A stretch of DNA of 63,628 nt, counting the filler, from Choristocarpus tenellus KU-1152 (taxonomy: Eukaryota; Protista; Phaeophyceae): the NCBI GenBank assembly GCA_964200185.2. It is 9 parts of 9 records of this genome, joined end to end, with 100 filler letters (N's around TTAATTAATTAA, not from the genome) between each part and the next. Parts side by side here need not be neighbours in the genome. Positions count along the whole stretch, not along the records: positions 1 to 16,289 come from CAXNAD020000845.1; 8 more parts are not named here. One strand, given 5' to 3'. The notes under the pieces are model-generated. The model was not told the DNA's origin. It did no database searches and was given only the letters and a program-made list of their open reading frames with translations. The stretch's first letter is position 1, and each line of letters begins with the position of its first letter. Of this stretch, positions 1 through 12,800 are shown piece by piece. A program made the position numbers and the translations under genes.

Positions 1-660
1 CCTGGTACCACTCAGCATTGACGTTGATGGTGACATCAATCAACCTCGCACTCTTCACCCGTTATGCACCGCTGTGTTGTCCAACGGCCGGCCAGATGTT
101 GCCTGCGATGTCAGAGAGATGGCCCTCCCACCGTGTAGCACTGTTCTTTCACGCCTGCCCACAACACAGTCCAGGGTATAGGGTTAGGGTTAGGGTTAGT
201 CTCTCTCTCCCACTCCAAACTCTCTTCAGTCAATTTAGGCCCCGCACCCCCCTCGGGAGTCTCTCGTGACCCGGAGGAAGACCCAACGCATAACGCAGAG
301 CTAGTGCAGTCTGACCTTCCTCGCCCAGCACACATTTCTTAACAAGACCTGGTGGGCTTTGTGCCGGGGATGACAAGCTCTGGGGGCTCGCTCGCCATCG
401 CCATGGGAGTTTTACACGTGCTGTATGGGAGTAGGCAGGCTCTGTGCTTCCTTGCTGTTGATGTGGAGGGAGGTTCTGTTGGAGGGGTATGCACTTGAGT
501 GCATACCGGGTGGGGCTGTGAGAGTGGTGGGAGGCTCCATGCTGCACCAGGAACGTACCAACAAAAATGAGCCAAACGTTGGTCGATTTTGTGGAGTTGA
601 TGTAGAATGCTCCCAGGAATCCAATGCAAAAATCTTTTTCGTAATTGGAGGTCATCTCTA
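1..660 (-). mobile_element. Decayed CRE-like non-LTR retrotransposon fragment (C-terminal/RLE region) in Z-ISO intron
   Basis: Frameshifted minus-strand motifs TALALRYALGLP and GRPLD...LIDVTI resemble the CRE-clade RxxLGLP and restriction-like endonuclease RPD...DVT motifs. Confidence 0.4.
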
Positions 661-966
661 AGAGCTACGGCTTAACAGCACAGACTTATGGGACAAAGGG
701 AGTGTGTTATGTACCTATGTATATATACATACTCCAGAGTGCTATAGAGCGATTGACTTGGAAACACTATTACCACAGTACCTTTTTTCAGCTGTAAAAC
801 GGTAGAACACCCACCACTTACACACACACAAACATAGCCATGTGTTACTAGTGTACAGGCAATGAGTTCAGTCAAAAACAGATTGCAGGAATGAATTTTG
901 GATCATCGTACACCTCAAGAGGTCCTTGAACTTCTCCTAAACATTACTTTCAACCTGCTGGCTTAC

Positions 967-1168
967 CTTGGGCCGTAGACTGGCCAGTCCACTGTGTGCC
1001 ACTGCAAATATACCAAGAATGAGAGTGATTGTAATGGTTGAGTCACCCCCCGAAGCGTTCTCCAGTACTCGCACGAAATCGTCACCTGTCCGAACAGACC
1101 ATTCGAGATGACAAAAAAAGGTAGGAATATGTTACCAGTAGTAGTATACACTACCATACAGCAAATCA

Positions 1169-1219
<51 letters not shown>

Positions 1220-3464
1220 ATAAAGAATACAAAACATAATATATCCAGTCCAAATTTCTTTTGACAAGAAACAAAAAAAAGGTCTTGTTGCACTGAGCTC
1301 TGCCCAGAAGAGCCCCTCCATCCCCTCCCCTCCTCCCTTCTACGGGTATATTGGTCTCACTTGACGAGCTGATGCATGTCAGCATCAATAACACTATTGT
1401 ACATCCTATGCCACTGTTTTGTACACAGGGAATGAACTGCCAGTGGATCAATGACACGGAGGCGTGTCACTATGCATTTTGCAGGGGACTTGAAGTTCTG
1501 CATCAACCCTGAAACAATCCTCGACAAAGCAGAGAGCTCTGACTCTTTTCAATTTACTTCATCGGCAGTTGCTGTTGTACATTCATTCAACACATGAAAT
1601 CGAAGCAATTCGTGGTTTTGCAGGTTCTCCTTCTATTGGCAGGCGGGAGCAACAAACATCTGCGACACTCTCTAAAACAACGGGAGAGGAAACAGGAATC
1701 ACAGAGATGCCAAAAGAAGATGACTGGACGACATAGGACTGGTGATGCAATTGAGGTTGCAGGAGCAGGGATGTAAACAGGGTCACAGTCTAGCTGGCGG
1801 TATCATGGCTTTAGCATCTACCATCCTCAATATACCCCAAACCAACCTGCTGACCCTTGTACATATATGTTATTTCCCACATTAATAAATGCCTTCCATC
1901 GGCTACCATTGGGAAGACACTGCTGGGGCAACAAGAGGTCGCCCTTTAGGATGCTGGAAATGTAACTGTCTCTTGCTGCTTGAGCAGGAGTTGACCATAG
2001 CCCACGGAGGCGCAAGGCTCTATCACCTAGCTGATCACATGAATTTGACAATGTAGTGATCCCCTGACCTTGAGCCATCCAGTCACAGGTTGCACTGGCT
2101 CCAGTAGTCAACACCAAGCAGAACACAGCGCAATTCACAGTTGAGGCTCATGGCCATACCTTGATTGAATCTTCTCAAGCTATGGAATAACAAATGAATG
2201 AGTACTACACCTCTTGAGAAGGCTGGCCGGCGATTAAAAGAATCAAACTCACTTCAATTTTCTTATCGTTCATGCCATATTGCACACACTTTATGCTCTG
2301 ACCACACAACTCTGAAATACCCATCTCCAACAAGTATCTTTTTTTCAAGTGAAACGCATGCTCATATTTTTCAAGACGAAGTGATGCATTGCTCCCCTCT
2401 TCTCTCCCCCTGCTCCCCATCCCCCATCCCCCTCCCCCAAGTTTCAACATTCCCAAGCAAGAACAGCTTTTGACATACCAAATCCCGTCTCAGGGTTGAT
2501 CCAAAGGAAGTACAGGGCTGTGAGGACTGTGCTGAGGACTGCTACGAAATAACCCCAGCTCTTCAGGCTCTGTTCCTCAATAGAAAACACGGCGCTGTCC
2601 TCCCCAATTAGTCCTGACTCCTGTTGCAATCCCTCCATCTCTGACGTGGACATTGATAGTGGCCACCGCTTGGGGTCTCGCTGGCACCTGATGATCAGTG
2701 CATTGAGGTGAGCCATTGGTAGATTGGTTTGGTGGGTGGTTGGTAGAGAGTAGGTAGACGGTCAGTATTGTTGGTGTGACCAAAAGTGCTCGAGTCAAAT
2801 TCAGCGAGTGAAAGAAAGAGGTGTACCAACAGATGTATTTGAGACTGTATTGTTGACAAATCAGGGGGGCCAAAAGTGGGGTGATTGCATAATGCGCCTC
2901 CAAGTAAAACTTCAAGGTGGTGTAATTTGGGTGCATCTTTCCCATGGCACTGTTACTTCTCTCTAGTTCGAAAACCGAACACTCAATTGGACCTATCGAA
3001 GAGAGGTACCTAAGCAAAAGATAACTACCATGCAAACGAAACGGGCTCATAACAAGTCTATCCCCTGCCGTAGCGTCATTGGGTCAAGTCGATCCAATGA
3101 GTTTCACAAAAAAGTGTATCAATATAAATTCAAGCAGGGAACTTCTATAGATTAGCATCAAATAATGCATTGATACCAAGAATTCAATAGCTACCGAAAA
3201 CCTTCCAATGAATGACTCAATACTGTAGACATGCTGCATAGGAGCTCACCCGAGTTCTGGTCGCCCTGCACCGCTCATGTTCAACGGTGTGGTTGATCGC
3301 CTCAGCGATCCATGAGGTGTGCCCACAGGTAATGCAGGCTTAAATCCAAGAGATGGAGATCCCGCAGTCAAGGTGTGGCGAGCACCGATGCAAAATGAGT
3401 CAGCATTGGTTGACATGAACAGGAAAATCAATAGAGTTGCCATCCCCCTTCCTCCATCAACCAT
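967..3464 (-). CDS. Z-ISO: 15-cis-zeta-carotene isomerase (NnrU family), 5' part; exons 3464(or 3443)-3250, 2687-2479, 1085-967; continues beyond window start
   Basis: GT-AG exons join in phase to give ...LIGEDSAVFSIEEQSLKSWGYFVAVLSTVLTALYFLWINPETGFGDDFVRVLE...ILGIFAVAHSGLASLRPK, matching the remembered plant Z-ISO pattern (GEDSAxF...SWxYF...TGFG...IFAxxHSGLASLR). The N-terminus is a signal peptide ending ADS-F followed by a Ser/Thr/Arg-rich transit peptide (heterokont bipartite plastid signal). Confidence 0.92.
1168..1216. repeat. Compound (AT)n(GT)n microsatellite
   Basis: Directly visible. Confidence 0.95.
1830..2160 (-). mobile_element. Decayed CRE-like retrotransposon fragment (post-RT region)
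   Basis: ALRLRGLWSTPAQAARDSYISS resembles the CRE motif LPxRxGGLGxxxA...AAYxxS. Confidence 0.3.
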
Positions 3465-3855
3465 TTTGGGAGGTTGCTAGGTTGGAGTTCTCAGAAATCC
3501 TCTTCCAGACCCCACAAGGTGAAGCCGGACGAAAAATCCTGTTTGGCTCGACGTTCGTTGAGCGTCCAGCCAAGATGACAAGCGAGATCAACACCTACAA
3601 CACTGTTGTTGTAGTGTTTTGTCTACATACTACAGGAAGTTGCACCAAAAACGGTATTTTGTTTTTTGTTTTTAAGATCTTGGGAAATGGATAAGTTGTT
3701 TGAGGTAGTTGGCCAACCAGGTCATTGCAACTCCTCCTAGATTTTCCAGAATCCCTAGACGTTGTGAACAGCAGTCCATAGCAGTTTGCAAGGAAAGAGG
3801 ACACTGAGCGATAAGAACAATCGTTCATCCATATCGCCATCAAGATAATATTATC
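3465..3855. promoter_or_regulatory. Probable bidirectional promoter between Z-ISO and STI1
   Basis: Divergent start codons about 390-410 bp apart. Confidence 0.6.
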
Positions 3856-6800
3856 ATGTCTGCCGCCGATGTGAGTGTTCCTTTAGTTCGTGAAGAACAT
3901 GGAAGGGCTGACTCGATGTATAGATCCGTGGTGGAAAGCCGCTGGACCCATCTCCCCCACCCTACAATTTTGTCTTGGGATCAATCGGATACAGATTCGG
4001 AATAATGGAAACTTTCGCGGTTGCGTATGAAGTTGATGTGGTATTGAAATGCTGTTGTTTGATGGGGTCGTAGGATAATCACAATGTTAATACCTACCTA
4101 ATTGCATACCCGCTGTTTGTCTGGAGAGGTGTTCTCTGCGCTGATACGGTTGTTTACTTCTTCTCTTCGAGCGTCTGTTCTTGATGTTTCTCACCAATCT
4201 TGATCTGTACAGGATCTCAGATTGTCTGCTGCTTTCTGGTGCTGTAGTTGCGCGCATCGTGGGACGAAGGGTGCAGTTCATTCCGTGCCATATTTTATTG
4301 GCGTTCCACTGATAGTGATTGTAGTTGCTCCTCTGAGGGGAGTGCTTACAAGGCCACTCACCGATCGTCCTTCCTTTGTCTCGTGTTGTGTACCTGTTGA
4401 CAACAGTGGAAAGCGAAGGGTAATGCAGCGCTGCAGGCAGGCAACTACGACGAAGCTGTGTCGATGTACTCAAAGTGAGTTTGTAACAGCAGTTGCTCTT
4501 TCCCCTCATCTTAATCACGGCGTGTTACAGCCGCACGTTATGGAATCAAGAAGCTAATAGGAACTTTCTTCTGATGATAGCTTCCACCAACTAGCTTTGA
4601 CACTCTCCCCTTCCTCCCTACTCTGCCAAATATCTTGATCCATGATGAAAGATTTCCCCCCAATGCATAACTACTCTCCCCTACGTTTTGCCGTCCATAC
4701 CTTCCCCTCTCCTTAGTATCCAATTTCCTTGTGCAATAGCAAATCCCAATTCAGCCCTTCAAGGACGTTCTTGAAGATAGTAGTTGGATCCTCCCTATCA
4801 ACCATCCTCCTTACACTGTGTTACCATATGTTGAACATCAATCCCATTATGAAGGGAAAGTGTTGCATAATTGAAAAAACAATTACCCACTCTCTGGTTA
4901 TCTCATCCCATTTCACAACCGTCCTCGTGTGTCAATGGAGGTTACCATTGGACCCTTGCTCGTGGACTACATGAGTTGTATTTTTTTGCCTGTTTACCGC
5001 GTGGGATATGCTTCTATTGCCGAGGTCCTTTTTGGCTCATCTTTTTAAAATAGTGAACCCCCTCAAGGAATTAGATGAGTTTGGTTATTTATATAACTAC
5101 TTCTTGTGTGGAGTACATTGAGGTGACATTTGTCTCTATCCTTGCATGATATATGAACCCTGCCTACCCCCTTGTTCATCCTTGAACAGGGCTATCGAGC
5201 TGGAACCATCTAACCATGTGTTTTTCTCCAACCGGAGGTGAGCCTTACGTTGTTTTGCATGCAGCCTCTTGTCACTTACTGTCCCATTTCTTGTCCTTAC
5301 CAAAACATACTTCAATTGATGTACGTCCTCCCACTCCCGTTTCTTGGTTTCTGGTCAGTGAGTGAAAAGGTGGTAAATTGGATTGTTTGTATACCATCCT
5401 CTAACCTGGGGAATCGCTATCTATTTTTTGAACGGAAAGAAAGTGTAGGGATATCTTCACTCTGCTACACCTTTGTTTGGTACTGTGTCATAGATGCTAC
5501 TCGCTGTCTCTCTCTGTGTTGCAAATGCTGCCAAGACAACCATGTTAATGATGCAGTCAAAAAATATCTCCCAGGCAGTGTTCTGATTGGCTTACTCTAA
5601 GCTATGATGATCTCGAACCGGCCGTCTGCAGCACTGCATCATTACATCGCAACGCAAACTCCACATTTTTTGTTAGTTGTGACTTTTGACTGGAGTCAAG
5701 ACGTACTGGATCATTATTTGGGATCTGAGCTCCACGTACTTTGGTCAAGACAAGTTACATTTTCCCTGCTCTCCAGATATTTTAAGGATTGTGATGTTGT
5801 AACTGCCATTATTATGTTAGTGTTGTTACTACAGCTATGCTCCATGCGTTGTGAGGAGCAACACTAGTCCTGCCAACATTGATGGATAAGTAATTTTGTA
5901 CTGACTGGGGCACCGTAGATCAAAATCAAACCATTCTAATTCTTTTCAGTTTCATTGATTATAATGATTCAATGGAACTTAAGACCGTCAATACTATGAA
6001 GTATGACGAAGCAAGGGGTTTACTCGATTGGTTACTTTCTTGCATGTAAGCATGTGGCACGCTCTACTGGAATTTGCTTGTGGTCATTGGTACTTCATGC
6101 ACCTTTTTTTTTATTTTAATGAGAAAGAAAAAAAGGAGCCTATTTTAGCTTTCACTCCTCAAATCTTTCAATTTTAAACGCAGTTGATGTCAAGGTGGGT
6201 CAGTATGACACAACTCTCGGCAATATACCCCATCTTGAGGCATTGCTCGAGCCCAATCTTTCCCCCACCTCATCATGCCCTCACCGTGACTGTGGAAACT
6301 TGTCTTCCCCGTTACAGTGCTGCCTATTTGAGCATGGGGGACGCAGACAAGGCACTGGAGGATGCTGACAAGTGCATAGAGGCCAACTCCACCTGGCCAA
6401 AGGGCTACACACGAAAAGGGGCAGCGTTGCACAAACTCAAGAGGTGTGTCACTGCAGATAACGGTCACACTACGATGTCTATTTAGTGCTGCATATGATC
6501 TCGTGTTGTTTGATTCCGTCAGTCGTACCTGTGGGGTACAGTTTGTTGGCTTGATTGTCGCGAAGTAGGTATGGATGCTGAAGAGTAGAGTGCATCCGGA
6601 CAGCCTCTGCTCGCTGCTCTTGATGTGATTTAATGTACGCTTGGTGAGAGCTGAGACAGCGTTTTGGTGTTCAGGTATTGAGGGAGGCGTGTTGGAGTGC
6701 CCTGAGTGAGCGTATGCGATGTATCGTACCGTCTTCTTTTTTTTCCTTTGTAGACTTGACTCCATCGACAACACCTCTATAGTCAGCTTGAGAAGTGTTA

Positions 6801-9800
6801 CTGTGTATCAATTTCTGATCTATGTGGCAATGCTTACCCGTGACAACGAGGTGAGAGAGCTGGGAAAGTACCTCAGCAGTAGGTATCAACTATATACCCC
6901 ACCATCTCTTAGGTTTGCGGGTGGTTCCTGAGGGGGGTTGTGTTATTTGAACATGATGATGTGTTTGCTTGTTATCATTCACTGTGTTGCAGGTCTTATT
7001 GGTATTTCTTGGCCGTACTTGGTGAAGTTTGGTTCTGGTTGTGTTCATGTATAAGACTTGAGTGTTGTTGTTGAAACCTATTTGGTATTACCGCATTTTT
7101 GCTAAACCTTTGTGTGTTGTGTAATTCATTTTTTATTTTCCTGCCGTATTATCTGTGTCAAGATAAATGACTCTTTCATTCCCCATCTTACCCTCTCACT
7201 CCCCAACATTAACAACATTAATGAAGTATTAGTATACCAGTACCCTACCCCATGCCTACTTATCATGGTGTTTGCTTCTATGCCCCCCCCCCCCCTTACA
7301 CACCCTACATCGATTTGATTGAGACTTTTTTTCTTGTATGCAAATCCGTGGGGTGGTGGGAGAACAGTGCAAGGACAGGTTTGAAGTACGCCTGTGCATG
7401 GAAGTTTCTTTGAAACTCCTACACCGTACAGCAACAAAGGCATGCCCAATGTAAATTGTTTCAAGCAGGAAAATGTACACATTTGTATTATTAGTTGCCA
7501 CCGAGAGATACGTCCGGATGTGTTGTTTTGTGACAGTGCTCTTTGAATTAATTTTATTTCAAGTGCATTTGAGGGTGTGGAGTAAATTGAAGTGCTTTTG
7601 CGGACCTGTGGTTCAGGTCCTGTGCTTCCAAAGTTCAATTTCCCACCCTCTGTTACATAGATCTTCAGTGGATTGTCCCCATACTCTCAGTATACAGACT
7701 GTATTGGTTGAAGTTGTTTGTGGCATAGGACAAAAGATGTAGTCAACGCTACTCTTATCCATCGGAGTGCGGAGATGTGCTGCAGCATTTGTGTATCATT
7801 TGGTAAATGTTTGTGTCCTTGAGATATTTTTTGGGGAATTACGATCTAAATGGCACTGTTACATTATCCGTTGATCCCTCCCTCTCCAGTTTAGTTTTGC
7901 TGCTCCCTTCTCCTGTACTCCCTGTGCACCTCTTGTCCTACACATCCTAGGTGATGTTTTTAAGAGGGTCGCGGTGTAGTTGACAGTTATGTTTTTTATT
8001 ATTTATGGCCATGCCGGAAACCGTTGACGGTGAATGGTGGATTTCTTGTTCGTTTAGCAACAGACATGGTCTAATGTTGTACTGCCCCAACAGCCTCAAA
8101 TATATAATGCTGGGCGAATGTCAGGAAATTTCCGGCCTTGGTCGGTGTTCGGAAGGTGTGTTCGGAAGGCCCTACTTTATCCTCTGCTCCCGCCTTCGCA
8201 TGTTCGAGATTGCCTGAATCTTGGGTTGAATAGGTTCATTGTTTCTATTAATACTGTTTGTACAGCAGCACACTCTTTGATCCCTCTCCTCCCCACCCCC
8301 CACATTCCTTTGCCCAACCTTTGGAACTCCTTTTTTCTTTTACTTGTGGATGGCAGGTATAATGAGGCGGTCAAAGTGTATGAGGAGGGTCTTGCAACCT
8401 CCCCAGGGGACGCTGCTCTCACTAGAGGTTTGGATGATGTGAGGAAGGCGCAGGAGAGTGCCAGGGCTAGCGCAGGTTTGTTGGGTGACAGGCTGCACCT
8501 GTGGGTTGAGGAGAAAGGGGGGGGGCTGTTAGATGATCTGAGAGGGGGATTGGTGCTGGTGGATATATTCCACTAAGAGCAATATTGATCCAGCAGTCGA
8601 GCCCAGGATGGAATTTTCTATCGAGTGCTGATTGGAAGGTCCTTGGCTTTGTGAAGGAGAAAGGGGGTTATCAGGAGGGCAATTGCTCTTACTTGAAATA
8701 TGGTGACAATTTGGTTTGATTTGGTTTTCCCACAAAGTTGAATATGCTAAATGAGTATTCTGGATGGAGGGCACTTCCAGGTTGTTTGGTCATTGTTAGT
8801 TTCTCTGTGTACATTGTGTGACCCTCTCCGCCAGCAAAATATATTTAAAAGAAAAAAAAAACAATTTCATAAACTGCACTGTATCACATGGTGAGAAACC
8901 TTTTTCGTGCAACATAGTTTGTACTCTGGTGCTACTCAGAGAAGGAAAACAGTGTCAATGACTAACCTGTGCCACAACACTAGCCTCCTCTTACGCACCT
9001 GCCCCTTCACACCTATATCTGCCTTACTCCTCCGCCAGTCCTGGGCTTGTGAAATGTAACTGACCCAGCCTCTTACCTGGAATGTATTGCGGTGTGCATT
9101 TTGGCATGAGTGTACTGTGTGTGTGTGAGTGTACTGTGTGTGTGTGAGTGTACTGTGTGAGTGTGTGAGTGTGTGTGTGTGTGTGTGTGATTATTGTCTC
9201 TCGTCACGAGACGAATGCGTCCCGTGGCATGGATCTCCTAATGGTGTGTCTTACGACGGAATGAATTTTCCCTGTTTGCACGTGTTTGTTTTTTTGTTGT
9301 TGTATGTATGTATGTACGCACGCCTGTGAAAGGTGCGTTCAACCCCCTTGGGAATGCGTTCGGCGCGGACATGTTGGCAAGGCTTGCTTCCGACCCGAAG
9401 TTTGCTGGCTACCTCAAGGACCCGTCGTTCATGGCCAAAATGAGGGCCCTGCAGAGCAATCCCAGTAACATGCAGATGTACATGTCGGACCCTAGAGTGA
9501 TGGAGGTTTGTGCCTGCAACTGCTGCAAGTGTAGCTTGTGCAGTGAGACCCTTCATGTGATGTAAAGGATGCAACAGTAGAGCTGTGGAGTATGAGTGTG
9601 TTCCTAATTGTCGGCCAAGTGTGGATCTTATCTGGGGGGGGTTTTCAAGGGGAGGGGTGGGAGTGACTTGTGCTTGGACTTGAACCATCCTGTGGTATGT
9701 ACTCCAAAGTCTGTAATGCAATGCGAGCTTCGGTTGCTGAATAAAAGGATGTTAGTTTATTTTTCCTGTGTCTTCACTTGGGTGAGAAAGGCAGTCCATT

Positions 9801-12800
9801 GCAGCGTTTTGAGGTAGTAGTAGTGGTGATGTGAGTCGATGATTTTTTTATTTTTCTGTGACTTGTGAAAAAAAAAATAGTTGGGAATCAAAACTCCATG
9901 CCCTCGCAATTTTTTATTTTTCGGTGTACACTTTTTTTTTAAATCCTTCGTAGGCGTTTGGTTTCCTTCTGGGCATTGACACAAATGTTATGGGAGCTGG
10001 GGCAGGAGCGGGTGGAGATGACAACATGGAGGAGGATGCATCCCCAAGTGCTGCCCCCAGGTCTACGCCCAGCGCCACCAGTGCAACTCAAGAGGAGGAG
10101 AATAATGCTGAGGTGGGGGATTTTTGTGTGTGTGTGTGTGTGTGTGACCATTTTGTGGTGTACATATTGCTGTTAGAGTGCTATTGGTAGGGTTGGTGCT
10201 TTAAGACGGTGGAACTTGGTGTTGAGAGAGGGTTGGGGCTAGGTTCATGTTAGAGGATGGCTTTGTATCGAGTAGGATTATGACTATGTTTTACATAGTT
10301 TTATTTCGGAAGGCTAAGAGTAAAAGGTGACTAGGTTTAAGTTGTGAATCTAGGTGTGGTAGTAGGGATAGAAGGGTTAGTACTGCAGTCTCCTTTAGGA
10401 GCGTGGTTGTGTATGGTCAGTCCTCCATGAATGTGGGAATTGAGAGTTTTGTATAGATGGGGATAGTGTTTAGGACTTTTGATAATGCTCCAGAAGGCAT
10501 GTGCTGTGGGGTAAAGAGCTTGATGTTTGGCATGATTAGAGTTTGGACAGGTAGAGGGTAGGGTTAGGATTTGAACTTTTCCCAACGTTTCAGAGAGTTG
10601 AGACTAGATATTCTGGGAAATATGATCATATTTGTAGATGGTGCAATGTACTGAGGGTTGAAATTTGGGAAATACTGGGCAATTGAATCAAAGGTGATTG
10701 TGTTCGTCCTGGGATGAACATGTGAAGTGTAGGCCAGTCACTACTGCCATGAGGCAATAACAAGAGCCTTAGCCTTGTAAGGATTGTTTGGGCGTGGGGG
10801 GCGAGCGAGATAAAGTGTTTAATGTTTTTTGCAATATTGGTGCTTTAGTTACTCCTCTAGATAGGTAGATCAATCTGTACACGCCTCTTTTTTCTTTTCA
10901 CTGTGAAAAACGGTTGATTGCTGTGAAAAACACACAGGCTGATGAAGAGGAGCTCCCGGATGTAGAGGATGAGGTGGCTGCTGAGGAGTGGGCTGCGAGG
11001 AAGAAGCTCAAGGAAGACAAGGCTGCTGCGTTGGAGGCCAAGAAGAAGGGCAATGGGTTTTATTCTAAGAAGGTGGGGGAAGGCTGTGTTTGTGTGTGTT
11101 GGAGAGTGGTTGAGGAGAGGGCAAGAATCTGTAGGGTTTGTCTATGCAATGTGCAAAGTGGTATGATAATAGTGCTGGGGCGTAAGGTTTGGAAGGGGTT
11201 TTTTTGTAGAATTATTTTATCTCTGTGGAATAAGGTGATTCTGCACAATATAGTAGTAGTATTCCTATTTTTTATAATATATATGGCTCAAAGTATCTGG
11301 GGGGGGGTGGCTGTCCATTTGGGGCCCATTTTTCCTTGTCGCGATTTTTGGGTGAATTTGATTGCATGCGTCGGATGGATAATATAAGTACACTTCTCCT
11401 GGTTAGGGTCTGAACGGAAACCCTGGTGTGGACCCCCCCCTAGATACTTCAAGTCATCTATATTGAGAGTAGGATTAAGGCTCTATGAGGTGGAAGAGAA
11501 GTCCGTCAATACGTGATGGGGTAGGACTGGCACCTTAATCTGCCCTGAGCAAGCTTGGAGATAAAGAGTGTCATTGCTCAGACTCAGCAGTGATACTGGT
11601 GGCACTTGAGGGAGTCATAACTGCTTGAGCTATCTTCATAGGAGGTCTTGTTCATCACTGGTGACTAGAACAATTCTGAACCTATGCATTTCTTTTTTCA
11701 CAAGGTTTGTTGTTGCTAAGCAACAGACAATCTGACTCTGTGAACTTACTAGAGGTCAATTGAAATTAGTGAAGGCTCTTGAGTTTTTAGCTAGGTACGA
11801 GTTTCTCAAATTTGCTGAAGAGGCCGCCAGAACTCTTTTTAGATCCACTGTGTTGTTACTAAAACATTGATTATAGCATAGATCTTGACAGTGTAGAACA
11901 GTAGATAAAGATGTACTTATATATTGATAGCAGTATGGACCTTAGCAGTGTAAAACCACACATAAAGATGTATGGTATTGCGTTGGAATGTGTGGATTGG
12001 TACGCTGTGAACGGCATTTTTTTGTTGGATTTTGGTTAGTTCACAGTACCCCACTGCTAGAAGAAACCTTTTAAAGTGTACTCTCTGTAGAATTACTTGT
12101 ACAATTTGAGGTAAATTCATTGTGATACATACCTCTGATTTCCAAGTCCGTGAAACTTCCGGTAGGAAATGGGTAATTTCCTTGTGGGTTAGTTTGGTGG
12201 CAAGTCTGTGAAAAGCCTTCTATTCTATTTTTTTAAATGCTGGTTTTGAAGTGCTGCTTTCTTTTTCTGTTTCACCCTTACGAGGCAATTAGATTTGTAC
12301 CGCCTACAAATAGTTAGTGCTGGTGCTTAGGTCCTAACCCTAACCCTATTTTGCCGCATTAGGTGTAAAGGTAGGTGTTGGTAGTTGTGGTGTAGTAAGT
12401 ACTGTGTGCGTCATGATGTTGCAATGTTCTTGTTTGTTTTTGTAGTATAAAGTAGTTCAGAATGTGTTGTCAGAAGAGTGATGCCATGCTGAAACGGGTC
12501 AGTTGTATTGGAAGTGGAAATTGCCAACTGACCTGTAGCGCCGGAGGGTGGAGGAGAGAAGGCTTTTGCTTTGTGTTCAGTGGGCCAGGGAAAAGGGGGG
12601 GGGAGGAGGGGTTCATTTATTTTTTCTTGCTTCCATTCCTCATCAATGACAAGGGACATATGAAATAAATAATACAGTCTTTTTCCTTAGAGAGTCACAG
12701 GTATATTCCATGAAAATTCTGATCTTTGCAAGGTAGATGATGAGGATCAAAGGAAATGTATTGCTAGTTAATTGCTGACAATATGAGGTATACCCTCTAT

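Noticed and set aside
3738-3757. Heat-shock element upstream of STI1
   Set aside because: Only two in-register pentamers (tTTCc-aGAAt); the flanking units do not fit nGAAn.
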